Source: an uncultured Chloroflexia bacterium
Lineage (GTDB): Bacteria > Chloroflexota > Dehalococcoidia > DSTF01 > JALHUB01
Direction of reading: 5' to 3'
Length of the DNA stretch: 64,000 bases
Assembly: GCA_963726245.1 (NCBI GenBank)
Contig: CAVSBT010000015.1
Coordinates: 224,001-288,000 of the forward strand
Both the position numbers and the translations under genes were made by a program. Below the pieces are notes generated by a model, which was not told where the DNA came from, ran no database searches, and worked only from the letters and a program-made list of their open reading frames with translations. Of the stretch, positions 39,146 to 49,320 are shown one piece after another; position 1 is the first letter of the stretch, and each line of letters begins with the position of its first letter.

Positions 39146-40588
39146 GTGCGCGACCTCGTGATGCGAACTCTGGACACCGCCCGTCAACAGGGCGCCGCCT
39201 ACGCCGACGTGCGGGTCGTGCGCCTGACCAGCGAGTCTATCACCGTCCGCAACCAGAACGTGGAGGGGCTCACGGCCGACGAAACCCTGGGATTCGGCGT
39301 CCGCGTCATCGTCGACGGCTACTGGGGCTTTGCCAGCAGCTATAAGCTGACACTGGAGGAGGCCGACCGCGTCGCTGCCCAAGCTGTGCGCATCGCCCGC
39401 GCCTCGGCCCGGGTGCGTGGCCCCAAGGCGAACATCGGCCCGCCGGAGGTCCACCGCGACAGCTATCGCACTCCCTTCCAGAAGGACCCCTTCGCCGTCC
39501 CCCTGGACGACAAGATCGCCCTTCTCGTCCGCGCCAACGAAGCCATGATGAAGGTGCAGGGCGTGGTGATGGCGGAGTCCAACGTCTACTGCCAGCGCGA
39601 GGAGAAGACCTTCGGGAGCAGCGAGGGCAGCTTCATCGAGCAGGCGCTGGTCGAGACGGGCTGCGGCATCGAGGCCACGGCGGTCGACGAAGGGGAGGTG
39701 CAGCACCGCTCCTACCCCAACAGCGTCGGCCGTCACCAGGGCACCGAGGGCTGGGAGTTCGTGGAGCGCTACGACCTGGCGGGGAACGCCGGCCGCGTCG
39801 CCGAGGAGGCGGCAGCCCTTCTCCGCGCCAAGCCCTGCCCGTCGGGAGTCACCACCATCATCCTCGACGGCAGTCAGGTGGCGCTCCAGATCCACGAGAG
39901 CTGCGGCCACGCCATCGAGCTGGACCGGGTGCTGGGGACGGAGGCTGCCTTCGCCGGCACCAGCTTCCTGACCACCGACAAGCTGGGCAGCTTCCGCTAC
40001 GGCTCCGAAGCCGTCAACATCACCGCCGACGCTACGATTCCTGGCGGACTGGGCACCTTCGGCTACGACGACGAAGGGGTGCCCGCTCAGTCTACCCCTG
40101 TCGTGCGCGACGGCCTCTTCCTGGGCTATCTCACCTCCCGCGAGACGGCGGCCGCCCTGGGGCAGCGCAGCAACGGCGCCATGCGCGCCTCTGGGTGGAA
40201 CCGCATCCCTCTCATCCGCATGACGAACGTCAATTTGGATCCAGGACGCTGGACTCTCGGGGATCTCATCGCTGACACGGACGAAGGTCTGTACATGGAG
40301 ACCAACCGTAGCTGGAGCATCGACGACCGGCGCCTCAACTTCCAGTTCGGCACCGAGATCGCCCGCGAGATCAAGCACGGCAAGCTGGGCGACCTGGTCA
40401 AGAACGCCACCTATACAGGCATGACGCCGCGGTTCTGGGGTAGCTGCGACGCCGTCTGCAACCGAAACCACTGGGTGGTCTGGGGAACACCGAACTGCGG
40501 CAAAGGACAACCGGAGCAGGTGGCCCACACCGGCCACGGCGCCGCCCCCGCCCGTTTCCGCAACGTCCAGATCGGCCTCATGAAATAA
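39146..40588 (+). CDS. tldD: TldD family metalloprotease
   Basis: IHESCGHAIELDR (HExxxH), DDEGVP, RMTNV, CGKGQP. Confidence 0.9.
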   Translation: MRDLVMRTLDTARQQGAAYADVRVVRLTSESITVRNQNVEGLTADETLGFGVRVIVDGYWGFASSYKLTLEEADRVAAQAVRIARASARVRGPKANIGPPEVHRDSYRTPFQKDPFAVPLDDKIALLVRANEAMMKVQGVVMAESNVYCQREEKTFGSSEGSFIEQALVETGCGIEATAVDEGEVQHRSYPNSVGRHQGTEGWEFVERYDLAGNAGRVAEEAAALLRAKPCPSGVTTIILDGSQVALQIHESCGHAIELDRVLGTEAAFAGTSFLTTDKLGSFRYGSEAVNITADATIPGGLGTFGYDDEGVPAQSTPVVRDGLFLGYLTSRETAAALGQRSNGAMRASGWNRIPLIRMTNVNLDPGRWTLGDLIADTDEGLYMETNRSWSIDDRRLNFQFGTEIAREIKHGKLGDLVKNATYTGMTPRFWGSCDAVCNRNHWVVWGTPNCGKGQPEQVAHTGHGAAPARFRNVQIGLMK

Positions 40589-40613
40589 GACGATAATAAG
40601 AGGTGCAGGACCA

Positions 40614-40642
40614 TTGACAAACAATCAGACACATGGTATCCT
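40614..40642 (+). promoter_or_regulatory. Sigma-70 promoter of the TA module
   Basis: TTGACA-N17-TATCCT with an extended -10 TG. Confidence 0.75.
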
Positions 40643-40680
40643 GTCGGCACCGATGGAACAGCGACGGGAGGTGGCAGCTC

Positions 40681-40965
40681 ATGACGGAAGAACCGCCGGC
40701 AGACGTGTCCACAGTCTACGAGCGGGGCCAGACCGTGGTTCCCAAACGGATCCGCGACGCGCTGGCCATCGAGAGTGGCTACCGCCTCCAGTGGCAAGTG
40801 CGCAAGGGGGTGATCCAGGTGATCCCGGTACCAGCGAACCCAGTTCAGGCCCTGCGAGGCCTCCTCAAGGGCACCGGCTACACCTACGCTCGCTTCCTCC
40901 GCGAGCGGCAACTGGAGCGCGAGGCCGAGCGAAGGCGGGAGGTCAAGGAGCCGCGTACGTCCTAG
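40681..40965 (+). CDS. AbrB/MazE/SpoVT-type antitoxin
   Basis: STVYERGQTVVPKRIRDALAIESG; GGGAGG RBS. Confidence 0.82.
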   Translation: MTEEPPADVSTVYERGQTVVPKRIRDALAIESGYRLQWQVRKGVIQVIPVPANPVQALRGLLKGTGYTYARFLRERQLEREAERRREVKEPRTS

Positions 40966-41336
40966 ACACCTCCGCGCTGATCCGGTTGTTCCTGGAGGAG
41001 GCCGGAGCGGACGATGTGCAGCGCATCGTTGAAGGGGAGGAGCCCGTGCTTCTCCCCTTCATGACGATCATGGAAGTCGACTACGTCCTGCGACGAACCC
41101 TGTCCGAGGACGAGGTGGAGCAGGCGATTGCAGCGCTCCGGCAGTGGCCGGTGACCATCGTAGAGTCCAGCGCCGCATGGGGCCGGGTGGCCGCCGAGGT
41201 AAAGAGCCGAGGCGGCCTCTCCGTGGCCGACGCCTGGAACGCTTCACTGGCCCTCCTCCACGACGCCGAGCTCGTGCACAAGGACCCGGAGTTCGACGCA
41301 GTGAAGGGCCTGCGCGCCCATCGCCTGCCGGACTGA
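40950..41336 (+). CDS. vapC: PIN-domain (VapC) toxin; start codon not identifiable
   Basis: YVLDTSALI, TIMEVDY, LSVADAWN, HKDPEF acidic residues. Confidence 0.8.
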   Translation, partial: AAYVLDTSALIRLFLEEAGADDVQRIVEGEEPVLLPFMTIMEVDYVLRRTLSEDEVEQAIAALRQWPVTIVESSAAWGRVAAEVKSRGGLSVADAWNASLALLHDAELVHKDPEFDAVKGLRAHRLPD

Positions 41337-41494
41337 CGCCGGACCCGTCGCTGGCAGCGGCGCTGAGGCACGATTCCAGGGCCACTTCTTGCGCTGCGCC
41401 TCTGTCCTACAGTCGGCGCAGTCGCTATGATAGGGGCGCTGCGACTCAGGTCCCCGCGGTGGTCTTCTGGTGGCGGCTGCCCCGAGGGTTGCGC

Positions 41495-41860
41495 GTGGAT
41501 CGACAGCATTTCGAAGAGTTGGTGTCCGAGGCCCTGGAGAACCTGCCGCCTCGCTTCGCCGAGCGCCTATCCAATATCGATGTCGAGGTGCGGGATTGGC
41601 CCACCCCCGGCGAGCTGAGGGCGGCGCGGGTCCCGGCGGGCGGCCTCCTTCTGGGCCTCTATCGAGGAGTGCCCCAGACCCGTCGCAGTCAGGGGTACAA
41701 TATGGCCTTGCCCGACCGCATCTCAATCTACCAGGGACCCATCGAACGGGTCTGCCGCAGCGACGACGAGGTACGGGCTCGGGTCCGCCGCACCGTGGTC
41801 CACGAGATAGCCCATCACTTCGGCTGGAGCGACGCCGAACTGGCCGAAATGGAACGATAG
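41495..41860 (+). CDS. Zincin-like metallopeptidase (Zincin_1)
   Basis: LLGLYRGVP, PDRISIY, TVVHEIAHHFG. Confidence 0.85.
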   Translation: MDRQHFEELVSEALENLPPRFAERLSNIDVEVRDWPTPGELRAARVPAGGLLLGLYRGVPQTRRSQGYNMALPDRISIYQGPIERVCRSDDEVRARVRRTVVHEIAHHFGWSDAELAEMER

Positions 41861-41908
41861 GTCGAAGCAGTCAGTCAGTCTCTGTATCCAGAGCAAGGAG
41901 GAAAAGCT

Positions 41909-42742
41909 ATGGCCCTGGACCTGAACGCGGTTGGAAAGACCTTGAAGCCCATTACTTTCGAATATGGTGACCGGGAAGTCATGCTCTATGCGCTGGGAAT
42001 AGGCGCTGGCGTCGACGACCTCGACTTCACCTTCGAGAAGAACCTTAAGGTCTATCCCACCTTCGCCGTCATCCCCGGCTCGGCAGTCATTGTAGGGCTC
42101 GGCGAGCTACTGACCTTCAACTGGGTCATGCTGCTGCACGGCGAGCAGCGCATCGAGCTCAGAAGTCTCATTCCCACCAGCGGCAAGCTCACCACCGTCG
42201 GTACTCTACGGGCCATCTACGACAAGGGCTCCGGCGCCGTGGTGGTAGTGGATGCCGAGACCAAGGACGAGGCCGGCAAGGTGCTCTTCGTCAATACCGT
42301 CAGCCTGTTCATCCGCGGCGAGGGCGGCTTCGGGGGAGACCGCGGCCCCGGCGGCCCGAAGAACGTTCCGCCGCAGCGTGCCCCCGATGCCACCGTGGAG
42401 ATGCAGACCGGCCCCAACCAGGCCCTTATCTACCGTCTCTCGGGGGACCGCAACCCCCTGCACGCCGACCCGGACTTCGCCAAGATGGCGGGCTTCGACC
42501 GTCCCATCCTGCACGGCCTCTGCACCTTCGGTCACGCCGGGCGGGCTGTCCTCAAGACCTTCTGCAACAACGACCCGGCCCGTCTCAAGGTCTTTGAGTC
42601 GCGCTTCTCGGGCGTTGTCTTCCCGGGAGACACCATCATCACCGAGATGTGGAAGGAGAGCGACAGCCTGGTCATCGTCCAGTCGAAGACCCAGCGGGGC
42701 GACGCGGTGCTAGGCAGCGCCGCCGCCACGATAGCGCCTTAG
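41909..42742 (+). CDS. MaoC-family double hot-dog enoyl-CoA hydratase 2
   Basis: YALGIG, LLHGEQ, YRLSGDRNPLHADP, ILHGLCTFG. Confidence 0.9.
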   Translation: MALDLNAVGKTLKPITFEYGDREVMLYALGIGAGVDDLDFTFEKNLKVYPTFAVIPGSAVIVGLGELLTFNWVMLLHGEQRIELRSLIPTSGKLTTVGTLRAIYDKGSGAVVVVDAETKDEAGKVLFVNTVSLFIRGEGGFGGDRGPGGPKNVPPQRAPDATVEMQTGPNQALIYRLSGDRNPLHADPDFAKMAGFDRPILHGLCTFGHAGRAVLKTFCNNDPARLKVFESRFSGVVFPGDTIITEMWKESDSLVIVQSKTQRGDAVLGSAAATIAP

Positions 42743-42761
42743 GGCAGTACAAGCGGCGCTA

Positions 42762-42796
42762 GCGTAGGGGCAGGGGTGTGAGCCCTGCCCCTACGC
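42762..42796. repeat. GTAG-type REP-like perfect inverted repeat
   Basis: GCGTAGGGGCAGGG-gtgtgag-CCCTGCCCCTACGC (14-bp arms). Confidence 0.7.
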
Positions 42797-42829
42797 ATCC
42801 ACGCGGAGCGAACGTGGAGGGACAGGACC

Positions 42830-44185
42830 ATGTTGGGGGAATCGCAACTCCGGAACCTGGCAGACCGCATCCTGGCGATGAGCCCGGCGGACCAGACCGA
42901 GGTCCTCGTCTTCTCGGGCTCGTCCGCCCTCACGCGGTTCGCGAACAACTACATCCATCAGAACGTGGAGGAGGAGGACGCCGACGTCCGCCTGCGGGTG
43001 GTGCTGGGCCTGTCCTCCGGTGGCGCCAAGATCGGCGTCGCCTCCACCAACGTCCTCAGCGACGAGTCGCTGCGGGCGCTGGTGGAGCGGGCCACGGAGA
43101 TGGCGCGTCGCCAGAAGGAGAACGCTGACTTCCGCTCGCTGCCCGACCCTCAGCCCGTCCGCGCCGTCGACTCCTTCGTGGAGCGGACGGCCCGCTGCGG
43201 CCCCGAGGAGCGCGCTGCCGTCATTGCCCGCATCTGCGACGCCTCGATCCGCGCCGGCCTAACCGCTGCCGGCGCCTTCCGCACCGCCGTCGGCGAAGTC
43301 ACAGTCGCCAACTCCCTGGGCGTCTTCGCCTACCACCGCGAAGCTGCCGCCGACATCAACACGGTGGTCATGGGGGAGACCAGCAGCGGCCACGCCGAGC
43401 GCGTCTCCCTGGACGTGGCAGACATCGACGGCGATGAGGTGGCTCGCGAGGCCGTCGACAAGGCGCTGCGCGGCGCCAACCCCATTGCCCTGGAGCCCGG
43501 CGAGTACCCTGTGATCTTAGAGGAGTACGCCGTCGCCGACTTGCTCGACTTCTTCGCGTACCTGTCGTTCGGCGCGCAGGCCTATCAGGAGAAGCGCAGC
43601 TTTATGTCGGGACGGCTGGGTGAGAAGGTCATGGGCGAGAACGTGTCGATCTGGGACGACGGCCTGGCCCCCAACACGATACCCAGCCCCTTCGACTTCG
43701 AGGGCGTGCCCAGGCAGCGGGTCGACTTCGTGACGGCGGGGGTGGCCTGCGGCGTCGTCTACGACAGCTACTCGGCAGGCAAGGAGGAGGGCCGCCGGTC
43801 GACGGGCCACGCCCTGCCGGCCGGCGCCACCTTCGGTCCCGTGCCGGGCAACATGTTCCTCAGCGCCGGCGACGCCACCAAGGAGGAGATGCTCGCCTCC
43901 ATCGAGCGCGGCGTGTGGGTGAGCCGCTTCTGGTACACGCGGCCCGTGCACCCCTTGAAGGTGATCGTGACGGGCATGACCCGCGACGGCACCTTCCTCA
44001 TCGAGAAGGGGCGAATCACCGCTCCCATCAAGAACCTCCGATTCACCCAGAGCTACCTGGACGCCCTGAACGAGGTGGAGGCCATCGGGCGCGAGACGCG
44101 CCTGCTGCCCGCTATCGCCGGGCACAGCCGGGTGCCCGCACTCCACATCCGGCGCTGGAGCTTCACCGGCGCCACCGAGTTCTAG
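42830..44185 (+). CDS. TldE/PmbA family protein
   Basis: LTRFANNYIHQN, FDFEGVP, TGMTRDG, KNLRF; lacks HExxxH. Confidence 0.87.
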   Translation: MLGESQLRNLADRILAMSPADQTEVLVFSGSSALTRFANNYIHQNVEEEDADVRLRVVLGLSSGGAKIGVASTNVLSDESLRALVERATEMARRQKENADFRSLPDPQPVRAVDSFVERTARCGPEERAAVIARICDASIRAGLTAAGAFRTAVGEVTVANSLGVFAYHREAAADINTVVMGETSSGHAERVSLDVADIDGDEVAREAVDKALRGANPIALEPGEYPVILEEYAVADLLDFFAYLSFGAQAYQEKRSFMSGRLGEKVMGENVSIWDDGLAPNTIPSPFDFEGVPRQRVDFVTAGVACGVVYDSYSAGKEEGRRSTGHALPAGATFGPVPGNMFLSAGDATKEEMLASIERGVWVSRFWYTRPVHPLKVIVTGMTRDGTFLIEKGRITAPIKNLRFTQSYLDALNEVEAIGRETRLLPAIAGHSRVPALHIRRWSFTGATEF

Positions 44186-44358
44186 GGCGGGCGGCAGGCC
44201 AAAGCACGCAATTCCTTCTCCTGCAGATGCCAGCAGTCATCTCTCCGGGGTGAGAGAGCCGGCCCGCGCCACTTCGCCATGGACAAGCCGCCATGATGCG
44301 CCGGGCGCGCAGCGCGTTATGGTAACATATAGGTTAGATGCTGAATAGGAGGTCACTG

Positions 44359-44877
44359 ATGCGAAGCAAGAGGCTTCTTCCGTTCATGTTCCTTGGCATT
44401 TCCGCCCTAGCCCTGGTGGCCGTAGCCTGCGGTGGCGGAGGGGGGAACGCCACGCCCACATCGACCCGGCCAGCCGCCGCCGCTTCACCGACAATGGCAG
44501 CGATGGCTTCGCCAACGGCCGGCGCGACGGCCGCGGCCTCCAGCACTCCCGCCACGGGCGCGACGGCGGCGCCGTCCGGCCAGACCGTTGAGATCTCGGC
44601 CGTCCCCCGTATCAAGTTCGACAAGGACACGATCACGGTGAAAGCCGGCAGCCAGGTCACGCTGAAGTTCACCAACAACGACACGGGCGTGCCACACAAC
44701 TGGTCTGCCTACACTGACTCGACGGCCTCGACGCCCATTCCCGGCGCCAAGACCGCGACCTGTACAGGAGCCTGCGAGGAGCAGATCACCTTCACGGCGC
44801 CCAGCCAGCCCGGGAATTACTTCTTCCGCTGCGACGTCCACCCGTCGGTCATGAAGGGGACTCTGGTCGTCCAGTAG
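44359..44877 (+). CDS. Cupredoxin (type 1 copper) lipoprotein
   Basis: Lipobox VAVAC, Ala/Thr/Pro linker, ligands PHNW and CDVHPSVM. Confidence 0.85.
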   Translation: MRSKRLLPFMFLGISALALVAVACGGGGGNATPTSTRPAAAASPTMAAMASPTAGATAAASSTPATGATAAPSGQTVEISAVPRIKFDKDTITVKAGSQVTLKFTNNDTGVPHNWSAYTDSTASTPIPGAKTATCTGACEEQITFTAPSQPGNYFFRCDVHPSVMKGTLVVQ

Positions 44878-45116
44878 GGGCCTGGGGCAGCGTCAAGAGC
44901 TCTCTGCAATCCCTTCGGGGGGCATCCTTCCAAGCTCGCTCTTGGGCGGGAGTACGCTGCCACCTTGCGTCGCTCGCCAGGCGGGCGGCACCCTGGCCGC
45001 CCGCCCCTAGCGTGAGGACGCCCCAGCCCTTATCCTCACCGTGGGCGTGCTCGTTTCGGAGAGCAACCCGCTATTCCCACATCACAGGAACCAGCCAGCC
45101 TCAGGAGAGGGAGCAG

Positions 45117-45485
45117 ATGGCGACGATTACTGTTGTCGTGGGCGACCCGCCCTACGGGAAGGAACGAGTGTATACTGCCCTCCGGTTCGTACTGGTGGCC
45201 CTTCACGAAGGACACCAGGCGAAGCTCTTCCTCCTGGAGGACGCCGTCTTCGCGGCCAAGAGCGGACAGCAGCCGCCGGCGATGCCCGTCGGCGATGTTG
45301 GCATGCCCAACTGCGAGGAGCTGCTGCGGGCAGCGATAAAGGAGGGGCTGACGGTCACGGCCTGCCGCGTCTGCTCGATGGAACGGGGCCTCGAGCCGGA
45401 GGAAGTCATGGAGGGTGTGGAGATCGGCTCCATGGTCGACCTGGTCAACTGGGTGGTGGAAAGCGACAGGACGGTGTTCTTCTAG
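45117..45485 (+). CDS. DsrE/DsrF/TusD family sulfur relay protein
   Basis: PYGKE, LFLLEDAV, CRVCSMERG. Confidence 0.85.
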   Translation: MATITVVVGDPPYGKERVYTALRFVLVALHEGHQAKLFLLEDAVFAAKSGQQPPAMPVGDVGMPNCEELLRAAIKEGLTVTACRVCSMERGLEPEEVMEGVEIGSMVDLVNWVVESDRTVFF

Positions 45486-45568
45486 GCCGCAGCGGCATCA
45501 TCGGGAACCCCGGCGGCCCGCAGACCAGAAGGCTTGCGCCAGCAGCAGGAAGCGAGAAGACACAGCCA

Positions 45569-47020
45569 ATGGCATGGGACCCTGGACTTGAGGTTGCCTT
45601 CAACCCGCGCTCCGTCGCCGTACTGGGGGCCTCCACCAAGGAGCGCGGCGGCGGGAACATGTTCATTCGCGGTATGCAGGAGATGGAGTACGAGGGGAAG
45701 CTGTACCCCATCAACCCCAACGCCGAGGAGATCATGGGCTACAAGTGCTACCCCTCGCTGGCGGCCGTGCCGGAGGTTCCCGACCTCGTGATCCTTGCAG
45801 TAGGGGTCGGGCGCGCCGAGCAGGCGCTCGAAGAGTGCATCGCTAAGGGTGCCCGGAACATCCACATGTTCACAGCGGGCTTCGCTGAGACCGGCGAGGA
45901 GGAAGGGGCCGGCCTGGCTGAACGGCTCCAAGAGATCGCGCGCCGCGGCGCGCTCAACATCGTCGGGCCGAACTGCATGGGCATCTACTCGCCGCGGGGG
46001 CGCATATCGCCCTGGGGCAAGCTGCCCACCGAGGTCGGGCCCATCGCCATGATCACGCAGAGCGGCGCGCTCGGCAGCGAGTTCGTCCGTCTCGCTCCCG
46101 ACCACGGTCTTCTCATGAGCAAGGTCATCTCCTACGGCAACGGTTATGTCCTGGACTGCACCGACTACCTGGAGTACTTCGAGGACGACCCGGAAACCAA
46201 GTTCATCGCGATGTACCTGGAGGGCGTCCAGGACGGGGCGAAGCTGCTGCAAATGGTGAAGAGGATCTCTCCCAGGAAGCCGATCGTCATCTGGAAGGGA
46301 GGCCTCACGTCGGCCGGCGCCAAGGCGGCCGCTTCCCACACCGGCGCCCTGGCCGGACAGAACGCCGTCTGGGACGCCTTCTTCGCGCAATCGGGGGCGG
46401 TTCGCGTGGACTCAACCGAGCAGATGGTGGACGTTCTTCAGGCGTTGGTCCGGCTGCCGCCCTGCTCCGGACGTGGAGTGGCCATCATGGGGGGTGCGGG
46501 TGGAACCAGCGTGTCCGCCGCCGACATCTGCGCCCGCGCCGGCCTCTCCGTGCCTACTCTCTCGGAGGAAGTTCAGAGTGAGCTGCGCACGTTCATCCGC
46601 GTGGCGGGCACCAGCGTGCGTAACCCTCTGGACGTGAACATGCAGCTCAGGGGACCGGAGGACTTCCTGCACGTGCTGGAGATCGTGGCGGACGACCCGG
46701 GGATCGACATCATCATCATGGTGCTCTACCCATTCATGAGGCGCTTCGTCGGACCCAAGTGGATGCGAAAGGTGATGGACGACCTGGCGAGATTCGCCCA
46801 GACAGCAGGCAGGAATAAGCCATTCCTGGTCGCCATGCGCAACCCCGCCGACAACCTCGACGCGGAGAAGGTCAGACTGCAGATCACACAGGACCTCATT
46901 GCTGCCGGCATTCCCGTATTCAAGAACGTTGAGCGGGCATGCTACGCGGTCTACAAGTTCACCGGCTACTACCGCGTTCTGGAGGACGGCCGCGGGCCAG
47001 AGGCGCCTCCCACCTTCTAG
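45569..47020 (+). CDS. Acyl-CoA synthetase (NDP-forming) alpha subunit / CoA-binding protein
   Basis: PRSVAVLGAS, VGPNCMG, TQSGAL, AASHTGALAG, RNPLD. Confidence 0.88.
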   Translation: MAWDPGLEVAFNPRSVAVLGASTKERGGGNMFIRGMQEMEYEGKLYPINPNAEEIMGYKCYPSLAAVPEVPDLVILAVGVGRAEQALEECIAKGARNIHMFTAGFAETGEEEGAGLAERLQEIARRGALNIVGPNCMGIYSPRGRISPWGKLPTEVGPIAMITQSGALGSEFVRLAPDHGLLMSKVISYGNGYVLDCTDYLEYFEDDPETKFIAMYLEGVQDGAKLLQMVKRISPRKPIVIWKGGLTSAGAKAAASHTGALAGQNAVWDAFFAQSGAVRVDSTEQMVDVLQALVRLPPCSGRGVAIMGGAGGTSVSAADICARAGLSVPTLSEEVQSELRTFIRVAGTSVRNPLDVNMQLRGPEDFLHVLEIVADDPGIDIIIMVLYPFMRRFVGPKWMRKVMDDLARFAQTAGRNKPFLVAMRNPADNLDAEKVRLQITQDLIAAGIPVFKNVERACYAVYKFTGYYRVLEDGRGPEAPPTF

Positions 47021-47129
47021 AGCCTCCACCAGACTGCCAAGGCTTCGCCAGACCACCAGCGTCGGTGTGGGCTCCATCCTGCGGAGCACCGCAGAAATCG
47101 CCCCGTCGTGCCGATACTAGAGTGAGACT

Positions 47130-48143
47130 ATGATGACATCGCGTGCACTCACCATTGCTGTGTCGGCGCTGGTGCTACTGGCGATCGCAGGCGTCGCCGC
47201 CATAGCGCTGGCCTTCAAGGGGGGAGGCGCAGATCAGTCGGAGAAACCCGAGGTGGCGGCCAGTCCAGAAGTCACTCTTGCCCCGGCCACCGTCACACCC
47301 ACACCTGAGCCCGAGGCGCCAGCCACCGTTACACTTACACCAGAGCCCGCGGCGCCAGGCTCGCCCAAGCCGCCGACCCCCACAACGATAGGTGCCGCCT
47401 TCAAGCCCACGTTTACGCCCACGGTATTCGGAACCCGGCCCTCCCCCACGCCGAAGCCCAACACTCCCGAGCCTTCGGGCCCTGGCCCATCGGGCCCCGG
47501 CCCTTCGGGCCCATCGGAGCCGCCTCCCGCGACCCTTCCAGACCTCGTGGTGCTGGACCTGGCCGTCTCTGGAGATCGGGTGGTGGCTGTGATCGGCAAC
47601 CTGGGTGAACAGGAGATTCCGGCCGGGGCCGTCCTCGAGTTGGCGCTGGGCAGCGAGGTGGTAGCTTCCGGCACACTCCCGCAAAGCCTGGGCCCTGGCG
47701 GTAACTTCACCCTTTTGCTGGCCCAGGAGTTCGTGTACGGACCGGAATCTGTGGCCGCCAGCGTGGACCCACGCAACATCGTCAAAGAGGCGGACGAGAC
47801 AAACAACAGCCTGACTCGGCAATTGGGGCCGGATATCCCGCTGGACCTCGCGCTGACGGGCCTCAACGCCGTCGGTGGCGACGAGCACCTCTCGGTTAGC
47901 GTGGAGAACAAGTCGCCGGTATCGGCCCGTCAGGTCACGGCCCGCCTCTCCGTCTACCGCTCGGACGTCAGCAGCCCGCTCTCCACCACCATCCACCAGC
48001 TCGACATCGACCCACAAGCCACCATTGAGCTCGCCCCCGGGCTCTCCGCCGTGCGCGGCCTCACCCTGCGCGCGACGCTGGAGCTGGTCGGTATCGCAGA
48101 CGGTGACCCGGCCAACAACGCGCTGGAGATCCTTATCCCTTAG
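47130..48143 (+). CDS. Membrane-anchored/exported CARDB-like domain protein with Pro/Thr-rich linker
   Basis: N-terminal TM, PSGPG repeats, LPDLVV...VDPRNIVKEADETNN. Confidence 0.7.
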   Translation: MMTSRALTIAVSALVLLAIAGVAAIALAFKGGGADQSEKPEVAASPEVTLAPATVTPTPEPEAPATVTLTPEPAAPGSPKPPTPTTIGAAFKPTFTPTVFGTRPSPTPKPNTPEPSGPGPSGPGPSGPSEPPPATLPDLVVLDLAVSGDRVVAVIGNLGEQEIPAGAVLELALGSEVVASGTLPQSLGPGGNFTLLLAQEFVYGPESVAASVDPRNIVKEADETNNSLTRQLGPDIPLDLALTGLNAVGGDEHLSVSVENKSPVSARQVTARLSVYRSDVSSPLSTTIHQLDIDPQATIELAPGLSAVRGLTLRATLELVGIADGDPANNALEILIP

Positions 48144-48238
48144 CCTTCGGGGAGCCTTAGGGGCCCGAACCCACTCCCGCTGGACGAAGAGGCCGGTGCG
48201 CTAGCGCTGCGCTCGGGCACCGGCCTTGTCTCGCTCTT

Positions 48239-48991
48239 CTATGGAGTGGGGGTGTCTGTGGCGCTGGTGTCAGTGATCGGATAGGGCGGCTGGAAATCGC
48301 TGTCCGACACGTCGCGGCTGAAAGCGGTGGCTTCCAGGGTAGACTCGGCGCCCTGAGCGGTCGACTTCGTGTAGAGGGGCACGGCTTCCTTGCTCAGGCA
48401 GATCTCGGCTTCGCCATCGAGACCGGAAGAGCGAATCGTGTAGCAGTCGGCGTCCTCGCCCGCGATGTTGCGGGTGCTGGTCGACACGACCTCAAGGCTG
48501 GAGTCGGTCAGGACTTTCTCCAAGTCGGCTACAATCTGGCCCGCTCCCTCGCCAGCCTGGGTGGCGGCCGCGAAGCAAGTGTCACTTTCCCCCGCCTGAC
48601 TAGCTGGGGAGCAGACATAGGACTTGTCGGGAGTTGTGATGTAGGTAGCTGTCGTCGTCGTCCCGGCGCTCTCACTCTGGAAGTCCTCCCGCAGGAGGTC
48701 CCCCTTCTTGTACATGATCAAGGTGCCGGAGAAGTCTCCCTGCGTGCCACCGGTGCTCTTGACGTCGAACGTGGCCTTGAAGTTGGCCTGCGCGAATTTA
48801 TCGCTTAGGCCGCTGAACTGACCCGCCTGAGGGGTACCTGCAGGTTGAGGTGTCTCCCCGGCCGCTGCGGTCGGCCCAGCGGGGCTTGTCTGCGTTGGGG
48901 ACTTGTTGTCCCCTCCGCCTCCACAGGCCCATGCCAGCATCGAAGAGGCCACGATAAGCGACAGTAGAACCAGCCACTTGGGAAATCGCAT
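48239..48991 (-). CDS. Putative lipoprotein
   Basis: Lipobox LAWAC, low-complexity linker, paired cysteines. Confidence 0.72.
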   Translation of the reverse strand: MRFPKWLVLLSLIVASSMLAWACGGGGDNKSPTQTSPAGPTAAAGETPQPAGTPQAGQFSGLSDKFAQANFKATFDVKSTGGTQGDFSGTLIMYKKGDLLREDFQSESAGTTTTATYITTPDKSYVCSPASQAGESDTCFAAATQAGEGAGQIVADLEKVLTDSSLEVVSTSTRNIAGEDADCYTIRSSGLDGEAEICLSKEAVPLYTKSTAQGAESTLEATAFSRDVSDSDFQPPYPITDTSATDTPTP

Positions 48992-49177
48992 GTTATCCCC
49001 CTAGACAGCAGGACGGAATCCTGCCCTTGTTCTCAATGATCACCACAGAGCCACGCCGCCGCGAAGCGGCTCCCTTATGACTGTAGACTCAGACCGGCGG
49101 GCGATCAAGTGCCATCTGCACGAAACGGGCCACGAACGCGGGTCGAACGCGGTCATGCTGCGACCGACGAACTGTGG

Positions 49178-49206
49178 TTGACCCGAAGATCGGGCGACAC
49201 TATACT
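49178..49206 (+). promoter_or_regulatory. Sigma-70 promoter of DUF47-PiT
   Basis: TTGACC-N17-TATACT. Confidence 0.8.
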
Positions 49207-49222
49207 GACCATCGATAACTAT

Positions 49223-49320
49223 TGGTGAAGGCCTCTATGCCTTTTCGCATACGGCCAGGTCTTGAGAGAGCACAAGGGAAGGGACTGGTGATAGCGCCCG
49301 CGGGCGCTATCACCCTTCTT
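49223..49320 (+). promoter_or_regulatory. Structured 5' leader with terminator-like palindrome (riboswitch candidate)
   Basis: Stems GGCC/GGCC, TATGC/GCATA, TCTTG/CAAGG; then a perfect 28-nt palindrome 49287-49314 plus CTTCTT immediately before the RBS. Confidence 0.5.

Noticed and set aside
37601-40624. 1007-aa minus-strand ORF and other long antisense ORFs
   Set aside because: Shadow frames of well-supported GC-rich genes on the opposite strand.
44880-45110. Cluster of GC-rich hairpins before the DsrE gene
   Set aside because: No recognisable riboswitch or repeat consensus; may simply be a terminator or chance pairing.
47091-47117. GCCGATAC sigma-28-like -10 box before the CARDB gene (also CCCGATAA at 25883)
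   Set aside because: No TAAA-like -35 box at 15-nt spacing.
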